A DNA stretch of 63,928 nucleotides, filler included, from Olpidium bornovanus S191 (GCA_017911155.1; 34 parts of 34 records of this genome joined end to end with filler, not necessarily neighbours in it), one strand, 5' to 3'; shown: positions 11,957-23,351, counted from the first letter of the whole stretch. Notes: generated from the letters alone by a model not told the origin. Translations and numbers: made by a program.

Positions 11957-12816
11957 CTAGCATGCCGTAGCAAACGTCAGCACCGCGAGGAGCGCATATA
12001 CGCTCGGCGGAGCCAAGGTGGGAGAGCCGAAACCGCGCAGGTCGTTTGCGACCGCGGCGGCGGCGGCGGCGGCGGCCGTCTGGCCGTTCGGTTCCGCGGC
12101 GGACGCGGCGGTCGTCGAGGCCGGAAAGCCGGCCGTGTCGGTTTCGCCGACCGGATCCGCGAGAGCCGATTCCGTCGCCGAAGCGGAAAAGTTCCCGGTG
12201 ACGTCGCCGCCCGCCGGCGCCGGAGGGACCGGGATCTCGGTGGGGACCGGGGACGTGGCGGCGCGAGTCCCGACGCGAACACCTGCCGGCGTCCCGGTCG
12301 GGGCCGTCCTCGGCGGAGTCGCGGCCGCGGCGGCGGTGGGGGCCTGCCGAGTCGCCGGGGAAGTCGTCGCCCAGGACGCCGTCGGCGTCGTCCGTTCTAC
12401 CGTCGACGGCACGGTGGCGGTGGTCGCGAGGTCACCGGTGCGGCATGCCCCGCCGTCGTCAGTTCGAGTCGGCGTAATTACGGGCGGGCTGGTCCGCGGG
12501 CCGGAGGGGGCGGTTGCCCCGGCCTCGCACGTGGTTTCCTCCGGGAGCGTGCTGGAAGGCCGCTGCCGGCTTTTTCTTCGGGTAGTCGGTCTCGGAGTCG
12601 GCGTCGCCTCGCCCGAGCTCGGCGGCTTCGGAGCGCCGCCGCGTGTTGAAACGGGCGCCGCCGACTTCCTGGACTCCCCCGTTGTCGCCGCGCCTGGATC
12701 CTTGACGGTCTGCAACGGTTCCGGCGTGTGCGCCGGAGCAGTCGGAACGGGACGTGCAGCGGATGACGAGTTTGCAGGAGGTTGCGCCGAAGAGACCGCA
12801 GGTGACGGGGAGCATG
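11957..12816 (-). CDS. S/T/P/A-rich mucin-like surface protein with GPI-anchor-type C-terminus, 5' partial
   Basis: Frame is open from the contig end (12814) to TAG at 11959-11957. Thr/Ser/Pro/Ala-rich; ends NDLRGFGSPTLAPPSVYALLAVLTFATAC*, a spacer plus hydrophobic tail with no cytoplasmic residues. Confidence 0.6.
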
Positions 12817-12994
12817 NNNNNNNNNNNNNNNNNNNNNNNNNNNNNNNNNNNNNNNNNNNNTTAATTAATTAANNNNNNNNNNNNNNNNNNNNNNNNNNNN
12901 NNNNNNNNNNNNNNNNCCCCCCCCCCCCCCCCGCCGCTGCGCGAGCGAGAACGGGGCGCGCCCATAGGGGGGCGGGCGGGGGTGAACGAAAGGG

Positions 12995-13028
<34 letters not shown>

Positions 13029-14300
13029 GTGGCGTGTGGGGGGTCGGTGAGAGATAGGAGCCGTCCGTGACACTGGCGCTCTGGTCCCGGGACACCCCCG
13101 GGGCGGCTGGCATCGGAGCCGCCTGAAGTGCCACGACCGGGAACCCGGCAAAAACAAGGCGGTCGAAACACGCGCTGCTTAGGGCCTCGTCGCCTGGGGT
13201 CCCTTTTCCTCCTTTACTTCCAACAGATTTTCGGGGTTGTTAGAAGGCTCTGCAAAGCCTCCACAGTCCTCCCTCTGAAACTTTATGACCTTCTACAGCC
13301 TTCTTTTTGGTTGCAGGCGAACCCTATAAGGAACCGGAGGTTATGTAAACTGGCGTGGAAGAAACCAATTTAACTTTAGATCCGAGTGTCTTCCCACCCA
13401 ACCTGCTGAGAATTACGAGCGACCTCCTTCTTCCCCCCCCTTCTTCCCCTTCCCCTGCCTTTTCCGCCTACCGTTGCAGACCGTCCTGACCGTCCCTCTC
13501 AGAAGCCTCCGGAGCCTCTGCAAGTCGTTTTCCGCCGTCGCGCGTCCTTCGTCGCCACGCCTTTGCGCGCCGCTGAGTTTGTGCTATTGACCATCCGCAT
13601 AATTCGTGTTTTCCATTACGGCGCAGCTTCGATCGCAGTCGTCGACGTTCAACAATTGTCACAGTGAGACATTTCAATTGAGGGGATGAACGTTCCCGAC
13701 ACCTCGACCTTTACCGTGCACAGCTGGCAGAAGAGCTCGCAGCTATGAAAGAAACCACGAGGGTAGAGAGAGAAACTGACCGCGCTCTCATTCGTTTGGT
13801 CGTCGGCCTCACAGCGCAGGCTTGTCGACATCGATTCACGGGTACCTGCCAGCGCTGTGGTTTGATCCCGCACGCGGGGCCGGGGACGTTCTCGTTCGTT
13901 GACGGATTGTGCCTCCGTGCTCGAACGTCCGCTTCTCCTCGTTCTGTAGCTCCGCCCCGATGCCTGGTAACATCGGTCGAGTCCGGGGTTCTGGCTGCCC
14001 ATTGATTCTTCGTTGATTCGTGGAACCTGAATTACCGAAAGGGGGGAGGGGCTGACGCGGTTTGACCCCGATTCTCTCCTGTTTGATGCTGCAGTCCGCT
14101 GGGAGGCTGGGTTGCCAACCAGTTCAGCGTCGTTCCCGTGCTACGTCGACAATAGCCGTGCCTTCTCCATTTTATGCCAGAGGCGTTTGCGCCAATGAGC
14201 ATCGCCTTTATGCCATCTCGCTTCGCTTGACACGTTGCGCAACGTCGATCCATTGGTTCCATGTGGTCCCGACTTCGGTCAACTCACCACTGAATCTTTG

Positions 14301-14430
14301 TCGATCTCGTCGTCTTCCGAGATTCCTCGATCTCGCCGTTTTTCGAAATTCGTCGATCTCGTCGTCTTCCGAGATTCGTCGATCTCGTCGTCCTTCGAGA
14401 TTCGTCGATCTCGTCGTTTTTCGAGATTCG
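14301..14430. repeat. Five tandem 26-bp units, each an ATCTCG/CGAGAT hairpin with a variable 8-nt loop
   Basis: Copies start at 14301, 14327, 14353, 14379 and 14405; consensus TCGATCTCGTCGTYYTYCGAGATTCG. Confidence 0.95.
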
Positions 14431-14917
14431 TCCACGGAGGGGTTTCCGCGGAAAGACAATTTTTACGGCTCACCACTGTTCGAATGGGCCTCGGGGTGAC
14501 AGCTGGTTACCCGAAACTCGAGTTCCCACGTCATACCGCTGCGGATTCCCGGTTACATGGCTTTTCCTGTCCTCGCTGACTTTCTTTCCCAGCGGTCGTC
14601 GCCTTCGGCTTTGTCGCCCGTCAAGTCTTCGTCGTCGAGCTGTTCCCGTCATCGAGTTGTTCCTGTCGTCGGGTCGATAGCACCGTCTCCTGCTAGCATG
14701 CTTTTTCCCTCCCGGGCACAAAGCGAATGGCGAGCTCGGCTTTTTTATGCGGCTAGCCTCCCGTTTTCGTCTTCGTCCTCGTTTCTCTTTTGATCCCTTC
14801 CCATCATCTCCACCCGANNNNNNNNNNNNNNNNNNNNNNNNNNNNNNNNNNNNNNNNNNNNTTAATTAATTAANNNNNNNNNNNNNNNNNNNNNNNNNNN
14901 NNNNNNNNNNNNNNNNN

Positions 14918-16042
14918 CATGCGCGCCCTCGTCTCGACCAAGGACGCGGGAATCATCATCGGCCGGGGGGGAAAGAACGTCAGCGATGTCAGGGAGCGGT
15001 CCAGCGCCAGAATCACCATATCGGAGATGATTCCCGGCGCGGTGGAGAGGATTCTGACAGTCATTGGACCAGTTGACGCCGTGGCAAAGGTGAGGACCCG
15101 GTGTTGCCCGGTGGGTGGGCGGATTTGGAAAGGAGAAAAGGGATGTTTCCGTTGTTCTCTGTGAATAGGCACGTCGCCCAAGGTGTAAGGTTTTATCTTC
15201 GTTGTTTACCTTATTCGTTGTGTTCCGATGACGGCAGGCCGTTCAGTTGACCCATATTTTTTGCGGATTTTTTTTTTACATCCCGCCTGCTTTAGGCGTT
15301 TGCACTTGTAGCGCGGAAGATCCTTGAGGAGACCTCTACCGCGAACAGCGAGGTGACGACCACCTCAGTCCGCCTCTTGGTGCCGCACAGCCGAATGGGC
15401 TCGATTATCGGCAAGGGAGGCGCTAAGATCAAGGAGATCCAGGAGCAGTCCGGGGCGCGCATCCTGGCCAGCGAGAACACGCTGCCGGATTCGACTGAAC
15501 GGACGGTAACCGTTTCGGGGGTCCCTGACGCGATTCACATTGCGACATACCACATAGGCCGCATTCTCCAGGATCAGGCCGACGCGCCGGTGCACGCGGT
15601 GCTTTATAAGCCGGCAGCTCGAGGGGGCCACCCCGGCTACGGCGGCGGCACGGGCGCGAACGCCGGGGCGGGGATGAACCCCATGGACCCCTACGCGGCC
15701 GTCTACGCGCCCTACGCCCAGCACGGCGGGTACGTTTCTGCTCCCGCGCACCGCCCCGGGGCCGCTCCGGGCATGGGCCAACCGGCCGCCGGCGGCGCTT
15801 CGCAAGCGCAGCAGATTTTCATCCCCAACGACATGGTCGGGTGCATCATCGGCAGGGGCGGGTGCAAGATCAACGAGATCCGGCAGCTTTCCGGCAGCAA
15901 CATCAAGATCGCCGAACCCCACGGCAACGCGTACGAGCGTCTCGTCACCATTACCGGCACTCCCGAAAGCAACCAGATGGCGCTCTACCTGCTGTATTCG
16001 AGGCTGGAGGCGGAGAAGAGCAGGATGGCGGCGGGGTACTAA
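14918..16042 (+). CDS. PBP2: Triple-KH-domain RNA-binding protein (Pbp2/Rnc1, PCBP/hnRNP K family), 5' partial
   Basis: Exons 14918-15089 and 15296-16042. Three GxxG KH motifs (IIGRGGKNV, IIGKGGAKIKEIQ, IIGRGGCKINEIRQ) and the typical end ALYLLYSRLEAEK. Confidence 0.9.
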
Positions 16043-16874
16043 ATCGACCGATGGTTGTTTCGGAATGCAAGAAAATTGGAAATACGCCGACCTGGATAAC
16101 AATTCCGGGTTGGGCGCTGAACGCAAGAACGTCGTGTGGTTTTCGTTTACGACTCTTTCTTTTTTCTTTCCTTTTTTTCATTTTTCTTCTGTTTTTTTTT
16201 TTTTTTTTTTTTTTTTTTCTCTCTCCGCAATTCTTACTGCCACTGAGATTAGACCTTACTTTCGGGATCTTCCAAAGCCTCCCCTTTGATGATTGCTACC
16301 CTGTACGTCGACGTGCGACTTGAACACCGCGGTCTCTGTTGTCAAAAATTGGCGCGGTCTTGGTTCCGCAGGACATGTTGAGTTTCAGGGAGAGCTGCGG
16401 ACTGCTGGGATGCGGCGGAGGAAAGTGAGCTACTTATACCGCAGGGAAACGTCGACCCTTCGTATTTGTTGCGGCGCAAAGAAAAAAGCCAACGCAGCCA
16501 ACGAAGAATTTGGATGACGCCGGGCCGCGTAGATGGAAGGGGAAGCGTCTTTTCCTCTTTGTTTTGGTGTTTGCGTCTGGGACGCTGGGCGCAGCGACGG
16601 ATGCAACGCCCCATTAAGCAGATTTGTTCACGTGACCGTAGATTGCATCCTACGATATGTATAACACTCCATCGCTTGAGGGATTAGGATCTGTGGTCGG
16701 AATCGCCCATGNNNNNNNNNNNNNNNNNNNNNNNNNNNNNNNNNNNNNNNNNNNNTTAATTAATTAANNNNNNNNNNNNNNNNNNNNNNNNNNNNNNNNN
16801 NNNNNNNNNNNCAGGGGGGGGGGGGGGGGGGGGACCGGGGCGCGCTACGCTCGCTGCAGGCGCGCGGCCCGAAG

Positions 16875-18173
16875 TTAACCGCGCGCCCCAAGCGGCGCGT
16901 CAACCATTGCCGCGGCGTGCCCGCCGGCCGCCGGGTCCTCGGGCGGGCCGTCGGGGGCCATCGCGGCCGCCGCAGGGGCGGCGGCGGATTGCTTGCCGGA
17001 GTCGGGTATGGCCACGCCGTAACGCTGCCTTGCGTCGGACGCCCTCCCTTCCGCCGGGGAGGCTTCGCCGCGGACCGAGCCGTTCCGAGACAGCGGCCGG
17101 CTCGCGAAATGGAGGGAATCGGCGGAAGACCGGCGCCGCTTGCTCCCCGGCGAAGCGGCGGCGGCGCGCCCGCGGGGCAAATACAACCTGACCCCGGCGG
17201 CCGGCGAGTCCGCCCGGTCGTGCGAGCCGGCGGGCGAGCCCAGGACGCCCCAGATCACCTCGTGGAGCCCGAGCCCGTCGCCGCCGCCCGGGGAGACCAG
17301 TTGCCTGTGGACGGCGACGACGCCCTGCAGGTAGACGTTGAGCTCTTTGCCCCTGGCGGCCGCCGCGGCGTCGCCCGCCCTCCCCGCCCACGGCGGCGGC
17401 GGCGGCGGGGCCGGGAAGGGCGGCATCTTCGCGAACCGCGGCCGTATCCTGTCGTCGAGCCTCCGGATGTCCTCGTACGTCCGCCGGACGGAGAGCTCCG
17501 CGCCATCCGCCATGGTGAACTTGATCCGGTACACGATCCCGGTCCGCCGCTTCGCGTAAGTGACGATCTGGGCGTTCGCCAATGGCGCCCGGCGGCCTTG
17601 CCCGTCCGCGGGGGGCGCGCCTTCGGCGGCGCGCGGCGGCGACCGGCGGCCCTCGCCGGCGGGAGCGGCGCCCCACGCCCGGCTCGGGCGGCCCATGATG
17701 CCGCCGAACCAGCGGCGGGCGGCCGCAGAAATGTTCCGCGAGAGCGGCGGCTCCCGGCCCGGAAAAGAAGGAGGAGCGGCGCCGGCGCCGCCCCGAACAC
17801 CCCCGACCAAACGGCGGCGGCCGGCGTCGACCTGAGAGGAGCCCGAGGCGTCCCGCGGCGCCGCCGCCGCCGCCTCGGGGTTCCCGCTCTTCCGGCCGGC
17901 CGCGCTGGACATCGGGGCTCTGCTGTCGCTGATCATCATCCTAACCTTCGCCCTGGAACCGGGCGGCAGTGTGTCGCCGACGACGGCGAAGAGCGGCACC
18001 GGGGCGTAGCCGGACCTCGCGTGTCTCGAGAACGGCACCCGCGACGACGACGAGAGGTAATATTTCCGCTCGTCCTCCGTCACGGAAAGGACGTAGAGGA
18101 TTTGGCCCTCCTTCACGTCGATCTCGTCGGCGGCGCGCGCGGCGTAATTCGAAACGGCCTTGACCGCGAGCAT
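16875..18173 (-). CDS. SH3 + PX domain protein (Bem1-like domain order), apparently intronless
   Basis: SH3-like VKAVSNYAARAADEIDVKEGQILYVL...SGYAPVPLF and PX-like VYRIKFTM...VRRTYEDIRRLDDRI...MPPFP...RGKELNVYLQGVV. ATG at 18173 is my choice; the frame is open to 18290. Confidence 0.75.
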   Translation of the reverse strand: MLAVKAVSNYAARAADEIDVKEGQILYVLSVTEDERKYYLSSSSRVPFSRHARSGYAPVPLFAVVGDTLPPGSRAKVRMMISDSRAPMSSAAGRKSGNPEAAAAAPRDASGSSQVDAGRRRLVGGVRGGAGAAPPSFPGREPPLSRNISAAARRWFGGIMGRPSRAWGAAPAGEGRRSPPRAAEGAPPADGQGRRAPLANAQIVTYAKRRTGIVYRIKFTMADGAELSVRRTYEDIRRLDDRIRPRFAKMPPFPAPPPPPPWAGRAGDAAAAARGKELNVYLQGVVAVHRQLVSPGGGDGLGLHEVIWGVLGSPAGSHDRADSPAAGVRLYLPRGRAAAASPGSKRRRSSADSLHFASRPLSRNGSVRGEASPAEGRASDARQRYGVAIPDSGKQSAAAPAAAAMAPDGPPEDPAAGGHAAAMVDAPLGARG

Positions 18174-18759
18174 GTTTTGACGATAAGGGCGGGATGCGAC
18201 GGGAAAATTAGAAAAAGAAGGGAAAGTTTCGTTAATGACGCGGGGAGAAGTTGGGGGGGGGGGGACGGATTGCGATGCGGAGCGGGCCAAGTGCGGTCTG
18301 CGCTTGACGTCGGCCTTTTTTTTTTTCTTCGTTTTCGCCCTCGTACTCCTCCGGCCCTGCGGTGGGGGGAAAGGAGGGGTTTCGTTTAAAGCGCCGCAAG
18401 CTAGGAAAAGTTCTGTTGGTAGTCGGTGGGATCAGTGCCTAAATGCAACGGCAGTGTGAATTCCGGGGTGTGGGGCCGCGGGGCGGCGGGGGGGGGGGGG
18501 GGGGGGCCGCGCATAGATTGCGTTTATTTTTTCGGATTAAATTTTCCGGACCAATGAGGAGGGAGCGCAAGGCCCGAAAGGGGCCGAGGAGGGAAGAAGG
18601 GGCGAAGGAAAGGGGAGGCAGGGGGCCCGGGGTAGGAGAAAGGGGGCGGGAAGAACCCCCGCACACAAGATCGCGGCTTCTGCCGCAAAAAAAAAAGAAC
18701 CCATCCGTTTGCCCGCGTTTGTGGACTTTCCCGCGCGCGAGCGGGATCGTCGCAAACAC

Positions 18760-18965
18760 AGAAAGCGTTCTTTGCGCTCGACGGCTCTCCGTGAACAACG
18801 ACCAGCTAAATCCATGCCTTTTTATTGAGCGCGATGAATGCGGGTTTGTTATCATCGCAGTATACGTCAATTCCCTGAACCTCATTGGATCCCCAGATGC
18901 AGTCCAACCCGCCAAAGAGCTCCTGAAATCAAAATTCGAGATGAAGGAACTCGGCAAGACGTCAA
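18760..18965 (+). mobile_element. Ty1/copia reverse transcriptase (RVT_2) fragment, catalytically dead
   Basis: LNPCLFIERDECGFVIIAVYVNSLNLIGSPDAVQPAKELLKSKFEMKELG matches the copia DPCLF...YVDDL...FEMKDLG pattern. YVDD reads YVNS. Confidence 0.88.
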
Positions 18966-18966
18966 T

Positions 18967-19143
18967 ACCGTCACGCATGCAGCGAACAGTGTTTGCATGC
19001 GTGATGCGTATCTGACGTGTTTTAACTTTGTAAACACCGTCACGCATGCAGCTAACAGTGTTTGCTGCATGTGCGACGCGTCATCTGACGTGTTTTTACT
19101 TTGTAAGCACCATCGCGCTGACATGCTTTTACTTCGCAAACAC
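18967..19143. repeat. About 2.5 tandem 69-73-bp units containing a strong hairpin
   Basis: Units start at 18967, 19036 and 19109 (partial). Perfect 11-bp inverted repeat TCACGCATGCA (18971-18981) / TGCATGCGTGA (18994-19004). Confidence 0.85.
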
Positions 19144-19363
19144 ATGGACACGTCACCGGACTGGTCTCACAACAGCGTGTCCGTAGTAAAAAAAAAATGA
19201 CACGGTGACCTGTCGAGTAAAAAAAGAGTGACAAGCTCAATGCGTCTGCGAGGCCCACCGCAANNNNNNNNNNNNNNNNNNNNNNNNNNNNNNNNNNNNN
19301 NNNNNNNTTAATTAATTAANNNNNNNNNNNNNNNNNNNNNNNNNNNNNNNNNNNNNNNNNNNN

Positions 19364-19968
19364 GACTGGTGCGCCTGCTCCTTGGCTGAAAGGTGGATCG
19401 GCACCGATTACCTCGGACCCTCCACGAGGTAAATTATACCGTTGAGATTTATTTTACCTCGTCGAAAGACGTTTTATGGCATGCATCTGATGCTCCAATC
19501 TTCGCTTTTAGGCCCATGGGGCAGCCGCGGGGGCCCCCCACAGGATCAGCACGTTGGAGGATATCCCGCAAGCGGACACGGATACCAGGGATCCCCGCCC
19601 GGCGGCGGTGGCTACGGTAGCTACACGGGCTACCCAGCTGACTACAATCAGCAGCAACAGCAGCAACAAACTTATGCACAGCAGCCAACCGCAAACTATG
19701 GCGGGGCCGCCGGTTACGGCGTCGAGTACGGGAGCTATGGAGGCTACGGATACGACGCGTACGGAGGGTATCATGCACAGATGGGACAGCAGTGGGGGGT
19801 GAGTGCCGTTTCGCAAAGCGATGAGTGAAAGCGCAGTCTGCGATTCACACGTCTGATGTTTTTTTTTCTCCGTTTACTCATCAGCATCAGCCTCTGCCGC
19901 CGTCCACTGCCCCCCCGCCGCCGCCGCCGTCTGCCGCTCCTCCTCCGCCGCCGCCGCCAACCGCGTAG
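19364..19968 (+). CDS. 3' end of a G/Y/Q-rich, polyproline-terminated protein (SF1/BBP-like or other RNA-binding protein tail)
   Basis: Phase-consistent exons 19364-19392, 19512-19798, 19885-19968: GAPAPWLKGPW...GYGSYTGY...QQQQQQQ...YGGYGYDAYGGY...[18 protein letters not shown]. Family assignment is by composition only. Confidence 0.55.
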
Positions 19969-21563
19969 AATGGTGGTTCGCCCAGAGTGTTGCGCTCTGC
20001 AAGCGCGTTCAAACAACGCGGTGTGGTAAACTAGGAGCGTCCGAGAAAGCTTTGCAGCAAGGTTCTAATCTACATCCTGGATGATCCCTCGTTGACACTT
20101 CTATGGACTTGCTGCTGATCGGTACATCCGCTTTTTTGAGTTTTCTATTGCGTCCTTTTTTCATCGGGCGCGAGTTGTACCCACGACGTGGACCTGGTCG
20201 ATGAACTGAATATGGTTTGAGGTTGTAAAAAAAGGCGAATTGCCGAGCAGGCAGACTTGGCGGGCGTTTATGAAATTGCAGCCGCCTTATTCCCGCCGCG
20301 CGGGACACTTTCCCGAGCGAGACCCCGGAAGCAGTTGGTGAAACGTTCCAGATTTTGCGATACGCCTTCCACGGTGAAATTGGGCAAATGCTCGCGTGTA
20401 ATGCTTTGCGTTCTTGCTATCGATGGGGCCAAATGGGCTCTCGTGGGCGGCAAGCAAAGCCAGCGTTTGGTCGGCGTTCGGCTTTACGCGCCCGGTGGGA
20501 GTTCCCGCGGAAACGGCATCTTTTTCGTGCTGCGGCTCTCGGTGCCTTTTTCAGGCTTCCAGCCAAGCCGCGCGTTGACGGCAAAAAAAAATGTAAATAA
20601 ATAAAACGGACTGGCATTGCGAATGCGCGGCCACAGGACCTGGTTCGATTTTGCCTAGGAAATAAGAAAAAACTTATCAGCATCCTTCAGGAAACTTGAA
20701 ATGCCCCGGACTCACCGATTTCAGATGTCGGTTTTTTTGCAGTTCTTTTTCTCCGTCATGANNNNNNNNNNNNNNNNNNNNNNNNNNNNNNNNNNNNNNN
20801 NNNNNTTAATTAATTAANNNNNNNNNNNNNNNNNNNNNNNNNNNNNNNNNNNNNNNNNNNNCATGTTGGCGAAAATTTCATCACTTTCCTTTTCCCCAAC
20901 ATCAATGCCGCCCCCCTGCTGTCGGCAAACTTCCACACTTTGGTGGAAGAGCTCTGTGTTACTTACACTCCCGATTGTCCCCCTGTCAGCATTCTTCACA
21001 CAACACTGCATCAGCAAGATGCGGGGGGGAAGTCACCAAAATGCCAGGTTCACCGCATCCGTGGTTGCGCCTCCGCGGTCGTGCGTGCATGGTCTTGCAT
21101 CCGCGCATGCAACTGTACGTTCGCAGGGAGCAGGTGCCGCGAACCTGCTACGCAGATTATCTGCATATATCTGATCCCCCAGGCCGGTTGCAGCTAAAGG
21201 GGAAGGGGGGGCGGTGAGTGGGAGAGCGGTTTGTTTGTACCGCCCTTTTTATTTTTTTCTCCGGGACGGGACCGCCCCCGATTCTCCCCCCTCCCACCCG
21301 TTCCCGTTCGTCCGCTTCCGGCGCTCCTGACCGCCGCCGCACTCCGCACGCTGCGGGCCGCACCCCGACCGACGCCAACATCCAGCGCCCTCCGCGCAGT
21401 AACCGCTGGCACGCCAGGGGCGGGCCATAGCCGCACCGTCGCCGCCCGCGCGTTTCTCCGCTGTTCTGGAATCAAACCGAACGCCTTGCTATCCCCCGGA
21501 GTCACATATACCAAGCGTGTGTCGTGTGTCGCGCCCACCCCACCGGCACTCGCGCTGCCCGCG

Positions 21564-22973
21564 ATGGAAAATGCCGCCCAGATCATCGAGTACGAGGGCC
21601 TACCGCAGAGCGAGTCGTTCTCGTCGCACCTCATTGCCGGAGCGATAGCAGGGATAAGTGAGCACGCGGCGATGTATCCGGTGGACAGCATCAAGGTGAG
21701 CCGAAGAATTGTTGCGGGGAAACTTGGCTCGCTTTTTGTTGTTTCCCGTGCCTTTTGGCAGGAGACGGAGCTACCCTTGCGTCGTCGGCCTTCGTTCTTT
21801 GCAGCCCATACGGGAAGCCCCACGTTGACCTTCCCCGTCGCCCTCTGGACGTTGTGACCCGGCTTCTCGCAGACCCGAATGCAAGTCATGTCTCCGTCTC
21901 CGCAAGCTGTGTACAGCGGCATCGTGCACGCCGTGTCGCGGATATCGTCAACCGAGGGGTCGAAGACTCTGTGGCGCGGAATTTCGTCCGTCATTACCGG
22001 CGCCGGGCCCGCCCACGCTCTCCACTTTGCGACTTACGAGAAATGCAAGGACATCTTTGAGCGGAGGACAGAGACTATGGTCGTCGCCCACGGTGCGGTC
22101 TGCGTGAGCAAGTGCCGGCGTTATAATTACTATCTGCTGGCTTTTGTTTCTGCTGCTCCTGCCGGTTTTTTCGTTTTTGATTGTTGGTCTGGGCACTGCT
22201 TTGCGAGGATGCGGCGTCTCCTTAGTGGCTCGACTAGCGGAGCTGCCCTTGGATGCTTGAAGGAGCATGCTTTAGCTGCCCGTTACCTTTTCTTTATTTT
22301 TGTTTTCACTGCTTTTCGTCAGATTCCGTTTTTTTGTGTCGTTTCCATTTTTTGCCGCTTTGTAGCTTCGTTTTATCGTACGCTGCCGCTAACCTGCTGC
22401 GCGGCGTTGCGCTTGCTATCTTTCTCCCATTTCCATACTTTATCCAATCGTTTGATTTCTTCGACCCAGCGTTAGCAGGAGCGTGTGCTACTGTTGCCGC
22501 GGACGCCTTGATGAACCCATTTGACGGTAAGGTGGAAGGGTACGGACTTTCGGTGCCAATTTGAGCGTTCATATGCCTGGCGGGCCAGCTAAGTTTTTTT
22601 TTTCTCATATAATTTCCTCTTTCGCCCGGTTCATCAGTCGTCAAGCAGCGGATGCAAGTGCACGGGTCGCGGTACCGGAGCGTCGCCGAGTGCTTCGCGC
22701 GAGTGCTGCGAAATGAGGGATTCGTCGCGTTCTATGTATCCTACCCGACGACCCTGACGATGACAGTGCCGTTCCAGTCGGTACAGTTTTCGACGTACGA
22801 ATACTTCCGGCGGCTGTTCAACCCGCGGGGCGATTACGACCCACTCACCCACGTCGTGGCGGGAGGGACAGCGGGCGCGCTGGCCGCTGCCGCGACCACC
22901 CCGCTAGACGTGTGCAAAACGCTGTTGCAGACCCGGGGGGAGGACTCGGCGTACAGAAACGTCCGGGGCATGA
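21564..22973 (+). CDS. MRS3: Mitochondrial iron carrier (mitoferrin, Mrs3/Mrs4), 3' partial
   Basis: Exons 21564-21695, 21873-22092, 22470-22526, 22638-22973. Three carrier signatures (YPVDSIKTRMQ, NPFDVVKQRMQ, TPLDVCKTLLQ) plus AGISEH, GAGPAHA and YPTTL. MRS3 versus MRS4 cannot be distinguished. Confidence 0.95.
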
Positions 22974-23351
22974 NNNNNNNNNNNNNNNNNNNNNNNNNNN
23001 NNNNNNNNNNNNNNNNNTTAATTAATTAANNNNNNNNNNNNNNNNNNNNNNNNNNNNNNNNNNNNNNNNNNNNCCCCCCCCCCCCCCTCCCCTCCCCGCC
23101 GCCCCCCCCCCCCCCCCCCCCTCCCCCCCTCGCGCCCCCCCCCCCCTGCTTGCTTCCTCTCCCCCTCCCTCCGCCGCCCCCACCCGGTGCTCCTCCGCCC
23201 GCCCGCCCGCCCCGCGTGCCCTGTCCCCCCTCCCCCAGAGGGAAAACCCCCGAAGGAACACACTACTGGGCTAAAACGCAAAAGGCGCGCTAGCCAGACG
23301 AGAAAAAAAATCCAAGGCGCGCCGCGCGAATAACCCAGGAAGTTGACCGCA

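Noticed and set aside
14301-14430. CRISPR array (palindromic direct repeats)
   Set aside because: Units are head-to-tail with no unique spacers, there are no cas genes, and the context is eukaryotic.
20630-20660. GGTTCGATT T-loop-like motif
   Set aside because: Flanks do not pair into a T-stem and there is no upstream A-box or cloverleaf.
20862-21017. VHS-domain exon (CCVKNA...)
   Set aside because: Similarity is limited to a few residues, and an internal GTAAGT suggests only a 39-nt exon; insufficient evidence.
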